Positions 38,498 to 51,045 of a DNA stretch of 64,000 nt are shown one piece after another. Made by a program: the position numbers and the translations under genes. How positions within the stretch are numbered: position 1 is the first letter of the stretch; every line of letters begins with the position of its first letter. The notes below the pieces were generated by a model. That model made no database searches. It was not told where the DNA came from and worked only from the letters and a program-made list of their open reading frames with translations. Source of the stretch: an uncultured Bacilli bacterium (GTDB taxonomy: Bacteria; Bacillota_I; Bacilli_A; Mycoplasmatales; Mycoplasmoidaceae); contig CAJGBT010000001.1 of the NCBI GenBank assembly GCA_904501665.1, positions 657 to 64,656 of the forward strand, in the 5' to 3' direction.

Positions 38498-39778
38498 ATG
38501 AGTGTTAAATTAATAACAGATTGTAGTTTAAACAATGAAAATAAAATATTAAAATGAAATGCCAAAAAATTAAATCGAGTTCATGAATTTATCAAGAACA
38601 AAAACGGCATTGGCAATAAAATGTTAGGATGAATAGATTGACCTAATAATTATAGTGATTTTCAAGATGATTTAATAAAAATAAAATCAATTGTTAATCA
38701 ATGAAAAAAAATGAATATTAATAAAATTGCTGTGATTGGTATTGGTGGTAGTTATATTGGTATTAAAGCTGGAATTGATATGTGTTTATCAAAATTAGAA
38801 ACAGAAAAATTTATTTTTATTTCTTCAGTTGATGAGTGAGAAATTGAATATTATCAAAATTTACTAACAAAAAATAATTGAGCTATTATTGTAATATCAA
38901 AGTCAGGTAAAACATTAGAAACATCAATTAACTTTCGTTTTTTTAGAGAAATGCTTAAAAAGCAATATCATAAAGATCATCATAAAAGAATTGCTTGCAT
39001 AACTGAAAAAGGAAATAATAGTTTAATCTATAAAATTGCTACAAAAAATCAATATCATATTCTTGGTATTCCTAAAAATATTGGTGGAAGATTTTCAACT
39101 TTCACTAATATTGGATTATTAGTATTTGCAATTGCAGGATTGAATATTAATAAAATGTTAGATACATATCAAAAAAGCATTAATGATTTTTTAGAAAAAA
39201 AATGATTAGATCCATTATATTATGCTAATTGAAGATACTTCTTTCTAAAAAAAGCTAAAAAAAAGATAGAGGTTTTTACAGTCTATGAGAAAAAGCATCA
39301 ATATTTAGCTGAACATTATAAACAAATATTTGCTGAAAGCGAAGGAAAGACAAAAAAATGTTTATTACCAACTATTGCTAACTATTCTAATGATTTGCAT
39401 TCTATTGGACAATTGTACCAGGAAGGTTGCAAAACTTTTTTTGAGACTCATTTATGTTTGAATGATCATCAAACAAAATCATTAAATATTCCTGTTTCAA
39501 CTTTTAAAAATGATGATCAATTATCTAACCTAGAAAATAAAACAATAAAAAATATTGTGAATGCTATCAATATTGGTGTAATTAATGCCCATAGTAAAAT
39601 AGCTAAAAATCCTTGCTTAAAAATAAAAATGGCTACTAATAATGAAGAAGATTTTGTACAAATAATGTTGTTTTTTAATATTGCTGCAAGTTGCTCTTCT
39701 TATCTATTAAAGGTTAATCCTTTTAATCAACCAGGAGTGGAAGCATACAAGGAAGAGATAACCAAGATTTTAGAATAA
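38498..39778 (+). CDS. pgi: Glucose-6-phosphate isomerase
   Basis: GIGGSY, SKSGKTLET, IGGRFS and NPFNQPGVEAYK motifs. Frame-2 pieces are joined by TGA. Confidence 0.9.
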
Positions 39779-39798
39779 ATATTATAATAATATATATA

Positions 39799-42700
39799 AT
39801 GGTAGTTTTTAAAGGTAAAAATAATTGAAAAAGAAAAATATTAAAAAGGCTTTTGATACCACTTACTTTAAGTGTTGCGTTAGCACCAACTATTACACTT
39901 TTAAATAAAAATAAAAAAAATAATAACAATTTACAAAAAAAAATATTTAATGAATCAAATCTATTTGAAAGTAGAAGTTTGAAGTCAAATAATGAAAAAA
40001 TAATTAATGCTAGTGATATTTTTAATATTGAAAAAGGGACAACTACAATTAATAATTTAGAGTTTGATGAAATTATTATTGCACCAAGAGGTAAGCCAGA
40101 TAATGTTTTTATATCATTGAAAAACAAAGATAATAATAAGTTAGTACTTAGTTTCAAAAAGAACAATCAAGAATTACAAAAAGAATCTCATTTAAGTAGT
40201 GATGTACCTACTTCTGATAATCCAGATAAATTCCCTAGAAGTAATTATATTTTTCTTCAATCAGTTAAAAATAAAGATTTAATGAATAAGGAAGATAGTA
40301 AAATTGAAAAAGAAGATTTAATTGATTCATTTAAAGATAAAATTATTAAATTTAATCAAGATGATGATTCATCATATTTTTCCATAGATGAAAATAACAA
40401 TAATAAAGAATTTAATGTTGAAGTCGGTACTAACTTTTTGTTTAGAGGATATATTAATTCTAGTATTGATGACGCAAATGCTTTAACTATCTTTGTTAAA
40501 GCTGGTAACAAGGTTTTTTCTCCAAATTCTAATGATGAAGAAAAAGGTTCTATTAACTATAAGTTTGATTTTCAAGATCAATCAACATCTTTTGAAACAA
40601 TTATTGGTTTAAATCAAAATAATAAGTTAGCGATTTCTTATAATACTAACAATGACCAAACAACATCCAGTGTTGTAATTAGTAATAATGATAAATTTAA
40701 AAAATTTAGTACATTAAAAGCTGAAGATGCTTTAAACAAAATTATTGTGGGACATGCTAATGATGGTAGTGATGAGCTAACATGGGGTGATATTTTAAGT
40801 GCAAGTTGATACAATTATAATGCTTTATTATTTGCATTAACTAAATTGAAATTTATTGCTTCAAACATTGATGGTACAATTACAATTAAGGTTTATTGCC
40901 CTTATACTATTAAAAAAACGGGAAATGGAAAAATTCAATCTCTTAGTTTTGAAAATGTAACTTCTCCTCCTTCACTATTAACATTAGAAGGTTTTAATAA
41001 AGGAAGTAATTTAATTGAAAATAATGTTAATGGTCAAGATCTAAATAAATATTTACCACAAAAGATCATAGAAGATGATAATTTATACAAACAATTAAAA
41101 GAGTTAGTTTATCAACAATGTTTTGGTGAAAACAATTTATTAAAAGAATTTGACTATCAAACAGATTTACAATTAAAAAATCCTAATTTTAATAACTTAA
41201 CTGGAAAAATTGATTGTAACTTAATTGTTTTAAAAAATTACATTGATACAAATGGCGAAATAATTACTGATAATACACCAAAAGATTTTGGTATTATAAG
41301 TATTTCTAATTTAAATAAAATTAATGCTACTAGCCAAATAGGTAATTCAATTGCAATTCCAAATGGTTCAACTTTAACAGAAGTTAATTCTTTTGATGCC
41401 AAGGATCATATTCAAGAATTAAAAAGTTTGATATATGAAAAAATAAAAGAATTATTAAGTAATATTCCTGATAGTAACACAGCGAATCGTGATATTAGTA
41501 TAAAGGATATTGATTTTGATGAAAGCAATATAGTAGAAACTCAAACCAGACATATTAAATTAGATAAAATAAAAATTAAATATTATTTTAATAGTAATAA
41601 TGGTTCATATGCAAATGAGAGCCCTTTTGAATTAAAAGATATTACTATTAGTGGATTTAAAGAAACACAAAAAACAATTTTACTAAATGATGGTTCTTTT
41701 ATTATTCCAGACCAAACAAAAAATGAGGCTGAAAATTACTCTATAAGTGAGGCAGAAATTTTTTTAAAAACACAATATAACAATGACAACCTTTTTAATA
41801 TTGTCAATAAAAACTTTAATATTGAAACAGATATTCTAATTGATGAAGAAAGTTGAACCATTAATTCTAAACAGGGAGAAATTACTTTTAATTTAAAAGC
41901 AAAAAATATTTTTGATAATAATGGTCCAGTAAGTAATTTTATTAATATTGGCAAAATTACTTTAACTGGTTTTAAACCTATAGTAGCTACTAAGTTAAAA
42001 GGAAAAAACTATCCGGTACCTCAAGAATATCAAGAAGATGAAGTAGAAAATATTACCCTTGGACAAATTAAAACAATTGTGTCTTCTTTTTATAACGAAG
42101 ACAAATTATTTAATTCTGAATCATCAAAATTTAATATAGCTACAGATATTGATTATCAAGAGGCATACCTTAAACGGATTAATCAAAATGGTGAAATTCA
42201 ACTTCAAATATATGCAAAAAATATTTATGATGAAGATTTAATGATTTCAAAAGATTATAAAGAACTAGGCACAATTACTTTAACTGGTTTTAAACACATA
42301 CAACCAACTAAACTTATACAACATGATTATGATGTTAGTGGATCATATAATGAAGTTTTTGCAGATAATATTGCTAATGATATAGAAAATATTTATAGGG
42401 TTGTTTTAGATTTCTATAACAAGAAAGAATTATTTAATAATGTAGCAAGTAGTTTTAAAGCAAGTGATGATATTAAAATTGACCCAGAAACTATCGTTGC
42501 TAATGCTGAGAATGGGACAATTAGTTTTGATATTTGAGCTAAAAATATTTATAATAGTAATTTTCAAATTACTAATAGTTTTAATAAAGTCGGAAGAATT
42601 ACATTTAGTGGTTTTAAAAAAAGAGTTAGTACAATCATTAATAGTGATAGGCAATTTGATATAAGCAAGACAGATTATAAGCAATCATATGTAACAAAAG

Positions 42701-43500
42701 TAGTAGAAAATCAAAATATTTTTAAGATATTTGAAGCATTATCTAATGAAAAAATATTTAAACCACCTTTATTTGAACATTTACCAAAAGATTTTGATTA
42801 TAAAAAAGATATAAGTATTATTGAAGAACCGAATATTAATCGTTTTAAGTCAACTATTACAGTTAAATTTAAACTTAATTACTATCTAGTAAATGGTGTA
42901 GAAACAAGAGATGATGGTGGGGAAAAAAGTTTAACTATTATTGGTTTTAAAGAATTGCCTTCAACGACTATAAATGGTGACAAAATTGATTTAAATAATG
43001 TTACTGAAATTAATATTAAATATACTAAGCCAATCCCACTAGACATCATTACTACTAGTTTAAAAAATAATCTAGCATTGATTACGACAAAAGTTAATGA
43101 TTTTTGATGATCGCCATTAATTGATGTTAAACAACCAAATAATACTGATGCAGATATCAAATTTGATGTTACAAAAGCAAAATGAGAAATAAAAGACAAA
43201 AAAATAATTTTAAATAATGTCGAAATTACTGGTAAATATTTTTATTTCAATGATAGAGCAGAAGATATTAATAATAATAAAAACAACCTTTACAAAATTA
43301 CTATTTCTGGTTTTGTAGAAAAACCTGAAGAGAACATCTTACCTATTTGAGCTATTATAATAATTTCTATTGGTGCTACTAATCTAGCTTTGTTAATTAC
43401 ATGATTATGTATTAAATATTATAAAAAATCTGTGCTAAAGCGAGGAAAAGGTGATAAATTTGATGATATAGATAAGAATAGTAATAATCTATCATTTTAG
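39799..43500 (+). CDS. 1233-aa surface protein with an N-terminal signal/TM segment, at least six ~110-aa repeated modules and a C-terminal TM anchor
   Basis: Frame-1 ORFs 39853-40809, 40846-41856 and 42079-42537 are joined by TGA. The recurrent module end is I(T/S)(L/I/F)(T/S)GFK (DITISGFK, KITLTGFK, TITLTGFK, RITFSGFK, LTIIGFK, KITISGFV). The C-terminal stretch is ILPIWAIIIISIGATNLALLITWLCI. Confidence 0.7.
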
Positions 43501-43505
43501 TTTAA

Positions 43506-43961
43506 CTAAATAGTGATTAGACAATTACATTCAATGTATTTATTTCTTTTATTTTCAAATCTAGTACTTTTTATACTTACATTTTTACAATTAGTTAATT
43601 CAGTAATTTTATTAATTATTAAATTATGATAATCTTTTAATAAAATTTGTTCACATACAATAGTGATATCAATATTATTAATTTTTTTATTTTGTTTTTT
43701 TAATGCTGTTAAAGCATATGCTAAAAAAAATAAACTACTTTTGTTTTTGTTTTCGTTATCATAATCAGGAAAAATTTCTCCTAGTGTCTGAGAACCAACA
43801 CAAGCTAAAATACAACTAGTAAGGGCATGAATAATCAAATCACCATCTGAATGGGCAATAATTTGATATTCTTGATTTTTAAGCTTAATACCACCTAAAA
43901 AAATAGTAGAATTTGACTTCTTTTTTAATTTATGAATATCTTTTGCAAAAAAAACTTGCAT
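43506..43961 (-). CDS. ispF: 2-C-methyl-D-erythritol 2,4-cyclodiphosphate synthase (MEP pathway)
   Basis: 151 aa. FLGGIKL...AHSDGDLIIHAL...LGEIFPD matches the IspF signature. Confidence 0.85.
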   Translation of the reverse strand: MQVFFAKDIHKLKKKSNSTIFLGGIKLKNQEYQIIAHSDGDLIIHALTSCILACVGSQTLGEIFPDYDNENKNKSSLFFLAYALTALKKQNKKINNIDITIVCEQILLKDYHNLIINKITELTNCKNVSIKSTRFENKRNKYIECNCLITI

Positions 43962-44006
43962 ATATATATATTATGTTATTATAAAAATAATAATTTTGGG
44001 GAAAAA

Positions 44007-45152
44007 GTGAAAACAAATAAGAATTTAGTTAATTTAAATAAAAAGACATCTCTTAATGATGGGAGAATTTTTTTTGGTGAATACAACGGATTTCAACGAT
44101 ATGATGTTTATAAAAATATTTTTTTTAAGAATATGGAAAGAGCTATGCGACAAGCTTTTTGAACACCAGAAGAAATTTCCTTAATTGCTGATCGGGAAAA
44201 TTTTAATAATTTACCTAAACATATTCAAGAAATTTTAATTCATAATCTTTTATTTCAAACACTTATGGATAGTGGACAAAATCGTGGCTTAGATTCAGTA
44301 TTAGCACAAATTGTAACAGAAAGTGAAGTTGAAGCTGTGTTTAAAACCCAAGCTTTTTTTGAATTAATTCATTCTTTATCATATTCGCATATTATTCGAG
44401 AAATGTTTCCTTCCAATGCTACTGATATATTTGATCGGGTTTATCAAATACCTGCAATTAAAAAAAGAATAGACCGTGAAGTAGATGCCTATGATGAAGT
44501 GCATGAATTATTTAAACAGGATAAACTAATTAATAATGATGAGAATAAAAAGAAAATATTAACATTATTACTTTATATATATTTTTTAGAAGGTTTAAAA
44601 TTTTATATTTCGTTTATGATTACTTATTTAATCAATTCCTCATATAATGATTCAATTCCTGGTGTTACAAAAATTATTAAACTAATTAACTTTGATGAGG
44701 ATATGCATGTAGGTGTGGTAAGTGGTTTGATCAATATCTTAAAAAAGGATAAAGCAGAGGGTTTTGTTCATTTATTTAATGATGGTTGATTTGAAAAACA
44801 AGCATATAAAATTATTGATACTATTGTTAAAGATGAAATTGAATGAGGAGAATTCTTATTATCAATTGGAAATATTCCATCATTAACCTCAGAAGTTATA
44901 AAAAATTTTATTCAATATTATGCTAATGATAGATTAGAAAAAATAAAATTAAAACCAAAGTATAAGGAATCTAAGGATTTAGAAATTATTACATGATTTC
45001 AATTTTATAAAGACATAAATAAAGATAATACTGCCCAACAAGAGGCACAAGCCTTAAATTATAATATCGGTTTAATGATAAATGATGTTGAGAATGTTAA
45101 TTTAAATGATGAGTTTAATAAATTAAAAAACGCAAAGAAAAAAGGTAAAAAT
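44007..45152 (+). CDS. nrdB: Ribonucleotide reductase beta subunit, E. coli NrdB-like class Ia. No stop codon: it reads straight into nrdA
   Basis: GTG start after GGGGAAAAA. The sequence reads FFGEYNGFQRYDVYKNIFF...FWTPEEISL...LMDSGQ...FELIHSLSYSHII...YFLEGLKFY...FDEDMHVG, so the metal ligands and radical Tyr are present. The C-terminal tail YNIGLMINDVENVNLNDEF is followed by NKLKNAKKKGKN and then the nrdA Met, all in frame 0. Confidence 0.8.
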
Positions 45153-47489
45153 ATGAGAAAAAAAATATTATTAAGTGAAATTGAAAAAGCTATTAATAAT
45201 GATGTTAATTTAGAAATTGATAATAATAAAATTATTAATGCTAATGAATTACTAGTAATCAAAAGAGATGGCCGCATTGAGAAATATGATGTAAATAAAA
45301 TGAAAAAGATATGCTTATGAGCTTGTGATAATAATGAAACATTTGCAAATGATATATTAAAATCAACTAGAATTAAACTTTATAATAAAATTAAAATTCA
45401 AGATGTATATGATGAATTAATTAAATCAACAGTCAATAAAATTTCTAGATTAACACCTCAATATGAAAAAATTGCTGCAAAATTGTATCTACTAAAAATT
45501 TATAAAGAGACATGAAATATTAAGAAAACTGATTATATCAATTTTTTAAACGTTATTGAAAAAGGAATAAGTAAAAATGTATATAACAAAAAGGTTTTCA
45601 AATCTTATTCAATTGAAGAAATTAACGAACTTGGCAAATACATTCAACAAGAAAGAGATTACTTATTCACTTATAAGTCACTTTATATATTTTTTGAAAA
45701 ATATTCTATGGGTGTTTCTAAAACTAAAAAATTCGAATTACCTCAACATACTTATATGCGAATTGCAATGAGTTTGTTTTATCAAGAAAATCAAGAAATT
45801 AGATTGAATTTAGTGAAAAATTTTTATGATGTGATTAGCCAACATTATATAACAGTGGCAACACCAATTATGTTAAATGCTGGTAGCAAAAATCAACAAT
45901 TATCATCATGTGTTTTATCAGCTGTTGGAGATGATACCATTTCAATTATGGATGTTGCTAAAGATGTGGGAATTTATTCTAAAAATAAAGGTGGGACAGC
46001 TATTGATATTTCAAAGATTAGATGTAGTGGTAGTAGCATTTTAGGTAATGATGGTTATTCAACTGGACCTGTTCCTTTTGTAAAAATTTATGAATCTACA
46101 ATTAAGGCATTTAATCAAGGCTCATCTCGTCCTGGTGCATGTTGTATTTACTTTCAGTGATGAAACTATAATGTTCGAGAATTAGTTGTTTTAAAAAACA
46201 ATGGTGGAACTGAAGAAAATCGAGCTAGACAATTAAAATATGCTGTTAAGATTAATCAAATATTTATTGATCGTTATTTAAATGGAGAAAATATAACTCT
46301 ATTTGATCCTAAGGAAGCAAATGAATTATTCGGTAAAACTGGAGATGAATTTAATAAAAAATATTGTGAATTAGAAAATAAAACTAATATTAAAAAAATT
46401 GTAATACCTGCAAAAGAATTATTTGCATTAATTTTTAAGGAGCGAGCAGAAACTGGAAATATTTATTTATTTCATGAAGAAAATGTTAATAATGCTTCGT
46501 TGCTAAATCGATATATTAATAGTTCAAACTTATGTTGTGAAATTGTCTTACCAAGCAAAGAATCAAAATTAATAAAACAAATAAATTATGTAGATGATGA
46601 TAAGGAAATGTTAAATAAACAATATGAATTAGGTGAAATTGCACTTTGTAATTTATCTTCAATTAATATTTTTAAATATATGCAAGCTAATACTGAAACA
46701 AGAAATAAAATTATTAAATACATAGTTAGAGGATTGGACAATTCTATTGATGTTTCTTACTATCCAGTTAAAGAAGCTGAATTATCTAATAAAAAGTATC
46801 GATATTTAGGTATAGGTGTCTTAAACATGGCTAATTATTTAGCTAATAAGAAAATTGTTATTGACAGTCAAGAAGCATTAGAAGAAACACACAAAGTATT
46901 TGATGAAATTTCTTTTCAGATAATTGAAGAAAGTATGAAATTAGCGAGCGAAAAAGGGGCATTTACAAATTTTAAAGATACACTTTGAGCAAAAGGTGAG
47001 CTTCCTATTTTTAGAGCAAACAAAAATGCTTTAAAATTAACTGATTATCAACCAAATTTAGAAAAATGAAAAAAATTAGCAAATATGATTAAACAGTATG
47101 GTTTAAGAAATGCTCAACTATTAGCTATTGCTCCTACTGCAACAAGTGGTAAAGCTATTAATGCAACTGAAAGTATTGAACCAATTCAAAATCTTTATTA
47201 TAAAGAAGATGGAAGAACTAATTTACCTACTTTAGTACCAAATATTAAAAATTGAAAATATTATAAATTAGCCCATGAATGTGATCAATATATGTTATTA
47301 AAAGCTGCTGCTATTAGACAGTGCTATCTAGACCAATCACAATCAATTAATATTTATTTTAATCAAATTAAATCATTAAAAGACTTCTCACTAATGCATA
47401 TATGAGGATTTAGCTTAGGGATTAAAACATTCTATTATTGTAAAACTTTAAAAGAAGACATTGAAAATATATGTGAAAGTTGTAGTTAG
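45153..47489 (+). CDS. nrdA: Ribonucleotide reductase alpha subunit, E. coli NrdA-like with an ATP-cone start
   Basis: AAAAGGTAAAAAT precedes the ATG. LLVIKRDGRIEKYDVNKMKKI (ATP cone), ATPIMLNAG...LSSCVL, NLCCEIVLP and a C-terminal CESCS are present. Frame-0 pieces are joined by TGA. Confidence 0.85.
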
Positions 47490-47520
47490 TTTTATTGAAT
47501 TTTAAAGAGACAATAAATTA

Positions 47521-48072
47521 TTAATTTTTTGTATGTTGAATTAAATAACATAATTCATAAAAAAAATAATCACTAGCTAAAATTTCAAATAAATCAAAAA
47601 TGTTATTCAACGGAATTGATGAAATTTTATCTCCTACTTTTAAATTAACTATATATTGCTTTAATAATAAAATGGTTTTATTAATTAAAATTGTCATAGC
47701 TGCTAAATCATATTTTTTAATAGATTTGTTCTTAACTAAAATTTCTAAAATTGTTTTTTTATCTCATTGATTAGTATTTTTATCAAACGCCAACTTAAGA
47801 GAAAGAATAAAATTATTATAAAACTTATCAGCTATTTCTTTTTTTGATGTCATAGCAAAAACAAAAAGATCAGTTAATGCTTTATTTTCTAATGAATTAA
47901 ATTTAATTAAAAAAACATTACTATGTACTAGTTCTTGTTGAAAATAATCTACTAAACTATCGATTAGTTTTGTTGGATTATTCATTTTGCTAGATAATAG
48001 TTTATAAGCAAAATAATTGTAGCTTTTTAATTTATTTTTAAAATACCTAAGATTTTTATTTTCATTTTTCAT
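47521..48072 (-). CDS. Hypothetical protein (183 aa)
   Basis: ORF 47764-48072 extends through TGA to TAA at 47521-47523. No family recognised. Confidence 0.5.
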
Positions 48073-48131
48073 ATCTAATTAAAATTTTAACATATTGATT
48101 AAGGATACAAATATTAATATAATTATTTTGT

Positions 48132-49250
48132 ATGACTAAACATTTATATATTCACATCCCTTTTTGTAAAAATATTTGCTCATATTGTGACTTTTGTCGA
48201 ACTAAAGTTACAAGAGATGATGATATCATGTTTAAATATGTTGATTTAATCATTGATTATGTAAAAAATGAATCTTATAAAAATCAATATTCTTCAATTT
48301 ATATTGGTGGTGGTACACCTAATTTTTTACCAGATAAATTATTAGATAAATTATTGTTAAACTTAAAAACTTTTTTAGATAAGTCTAATCATTATGAATT
48401 TTGTTTAGAATGTAATCCTGAATTCATTAATGATAATCAAGCAAAAATTTTACTAAAACATGGTGTTAATAGAGTTTCAATTGGTGTACAAACTATTAAT
48501 AACAAGATTTTAAAAGCAATAGGAAGAGAACATACAATTCAAGATGTTCAAAAAGCAATTAATGTTTTATACAAATATAAAATAAATAATATTAGTTTAG
48601 ATTTTTTATATGCTTTGCCAAAATTAAGTAATGATGATTTAAAAGGGGCTATTAAATTTGCTGTTAAAAATAATATTAAACATTTAAGTTTTTATGCCTT
48701 AGAAATAAAAGATGGTGCTTTAATGAAAAAACAAGATGTTTTTGTTGACGAAGAACAGGAAGCGGAACAATTAGAATTTATACAAAAAATATTAGCTGAA
48801 AATCAATACAAAAGATATGAAGTATCAAATTGAGCATTAGAACCAGAATATGAATCAATTCATAATAAAGCATACTGATTAACTAATGATTGAAAAGCAA
48901 TTGGTATTGGAGCTAGTGGATTTGAAGAAAATGTAATGTATAAATGAGAAGGGGACTATTTAAATTGGAAAAGAGTTGGATATAAATTAGAACTTAAAGA
49001 TTTATATTTACAAGTTTTAATGATGGGATTACGTCTTGTGGATGGAATAGATGTAATTAATAATGAAAGAAATTCAGAAGCATATAAAACATATTTCAAT
49101 GATTTAACAAATTGTTATATTAAAAATGGTAATTTAAAATGTATTAATATCAATCTATTACATGAAAGTTTGTTAAACATTGTGGATGAAACAAAAGAGA
49201 AACAATTAGATAATATCATTAATAAAGTTTATGAAGAAGAGGAAAACTAA
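48132..49250 (+). CDS. hemW: Radical SAM heme chaperone HemW / oxygen-independent coproporphyrinogen oxidase-like protein
   Basis: HIPFCKNICSYCDF (CxxxCxxC) and GGGTPN motifs. Pieces are joined by TGA. Confidence 0.85.
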
Positions 49251-49904
49251 TTGCGCTTACGTAATGATCCTAAAGCACAAAGTATTATAAATGAAAATTC
49301 ACACCTATTTGTGTTAAATCCACAAAATTGAAAAGGTAAATGGAAAAAATTTTTTCAAAATAATAATGATATATATTTAGAAATTGGTTCAGGAAAAGGA
49401 CAATTTGTTATTAACCAAGCACTTTTACATCCAAAAACTAATTTTATTGGTATTGAAAAAAATAAAGTAATTTGTGCCAAAATTTTTAAAAAATATAATC
49501 TACTTGAAACTAAACCACAAAACTTAATCATTTTAAACATCGATGCTCGAGACTTATTGCAGGTTTTTGCACAAGGAGAAATAACAAAAATTTTTTTAAA
49601 TTTTTCTGATCCATGACCTAAAAAAAGACATCATAAAAACCGTTTAACGCATAAAACATTTTTAGACATGTATAAGAATGTTTTAACTGATAATGGGATA
49701 ATTGAATTTAAGACAGACAATAATGATTTTTTTGAATGAAGTTTAGAATCAATTCATAATGAAAAATGAAATATTATATATTACACTAAGGATTTATATT
49801 CTGTATTAGAAAATAAAAATAATCTTGATAACATCTCTACTGAGTATGAAGAACGTTTTAATAGGTTAGGAAAAAACATTAATAAAGTTATTTTTCGCCC
49901 TTAA
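49251..49904 (+). CDS. trmB: tRNA (guanine46-N7)-methyltransferase
   Basis: TTG start (LRLRNDPKA). [24 protein letters not shown] and TDN motifs are present. Confidence 0.85.
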
Positions 49905-50470
49905 TAAAACTGATCTTCTTGATCAGCAAAATTTGATAAATAATGAAGTACAAAAGGTGCTTCTTTAGCAATTTCAATATCTTTGATTTTTCTTTCAAGA
50001 AATTTTTCGTCAAAAAGATTTTGTTTTTTAAGTTCTTCAAATAAACTTGATCAAGTTCAATTATTGTGATTTTTATAAAACATTGTATAAATTTGATTTG
50101 TTTGTGTAATGTTTAAAGGATGTTCATCATTTTTTAAAGCAGCAATTAATGGTTCACAATTATGATTATTACCAGCATCATCAGTAAAAATTATATTTTC
50201 TTCAATTACAACTTTTAAACATCTAACTGCAAAATAAAAGTCTCGTTCCATACATTCAACTCATCTTGTGTATGATCCTGATATTCAAATTTCTTTTATT
50301 TTTTCTTCGTTGTCTTTTATATCAACATCTTGATTAGTTGACCAAAAGGTTCTAATGGCATCAAGAACTTTAGAAGTTATGTCTGTAATATCATAAATAA
50401 GCAATTTGCTTTTTTTATATTCTCAAGTTCCAACATCAACAATTATTGTTTTTTCATCTAAACGTTGCAT
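49901..50470 (-). CDS. Hypothetical protein (189 aa), the first gene of the minus-strand accessory block
   Basis: GAAAGGT RBS. I verified the frame codon by codon, with several TGA codons. Its TAA (49901-49903) overlaps the trmB TAA (49902-49904). Confidence 0.6.
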
Positions 50471-50531
50471 ATTAATTTACCTTTCAATGTTTCTAATTTG
50501 ATTATTCATCATAAAAAGATCAAAATAATGA

Positions 50532-50558
50532 AAAAGTACCAACCACCTTGGTACTTTT
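50532..50558. promoter_or_regulatory. Cassette copy 1: inverted repeat AAAAGTACCA-ACCACCT-TGGTACTTTT upstream of the 189-aa gene
   Basis: It has the same arms and flanks as copies 2 and 3, but the 7-nt loop is the reverse complement (one mismatch). Confidence 0.6.
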
Positions 50559-50734
50559 GTGTAATACAAAAATAAGATGAATAAAAAAGCACACTAAAGA
50601 ATTAATGTGTTTTATTTACAAAAATTAAATAGAACTAATTTACCAAATGTAGGGAGAGTGGTAAGTAAGATTCATTAATATATTCAATTAATATATTTAT
50701 GTTTAATAATTTAATACTAATAAATAAAATTAAT

Positions 50735-50885
50735 ATAGGGTGGTAATTTCAAAAACCAAGCACTGGTATATTCATTTTTAAAGCACTGGTAATTTTATTT
50801 CAAGCATAGGTAATTTCAATTATAAGCATAGGTAATTTTAGTTAAAACCACTGGTACTTTATTTTTAAAGCACTGGTAATTTTAT
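50735..50885. repeat. Seven direct repeats with ~22-bp spacing (iteron-like array), core AAGCA(C/T)(T/A)GGTAATTT
   Basis: Repeat starts are at ~50735, 50758, 50781, 50802, 50824, 50846 and 50868, giving spacings of 23, 23, 21, 22, 22 and 22. An AT-rich stretch lies at 50640-50735. Confidence 0.7.
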
Positions 50886-50920
50886 AAAAAAAAGCAAAAG
50901 ATCAGCACTTGTTCTGATCT
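50886..50920 (-). terminator. Terminator candidate downstream of the Rep-like gene
   Basis: AGATCAG cacttgtt CTGATCT, followed on the minus strand by TTTTGCTTTTTTTT. Confidence 0.5.
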
Positions 50921-51045
50921 ATTTTTCAATAATATGTTAGTTTTTGATAAGTGAAAACTTGTAAAGAGTCTTTTTACACAATATTCTATTCATTAATTTG
51001 TTTATTTTATTTTTGTTTTGGATGAGGATGTGATTTGTGATTTAT

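Noticed and set aside
50735-50885. I considered the seven direct repeats as a CRISPR array, or as a ToxI-like type III antitoxin RNA. In the minus-strand order, repeats, hairpin and then the 189-aa gene mimic the ToxIN layout.
   Set aside because: The conserved core is only ~16 nt with ~6-nt variable gaps, so there are no CRISPR-sized spacers, and no cas genes are present. Type III antitoxin repeats are usually longer (~35-45 nt) and near-identical, whereas these are degenerate with conserved phasing, which fits protein-binding iterons better. The 189-aa protein shows no recognisable ToxN/AbiE-like features. I cannot fully exclude the idea without RNA-seq.
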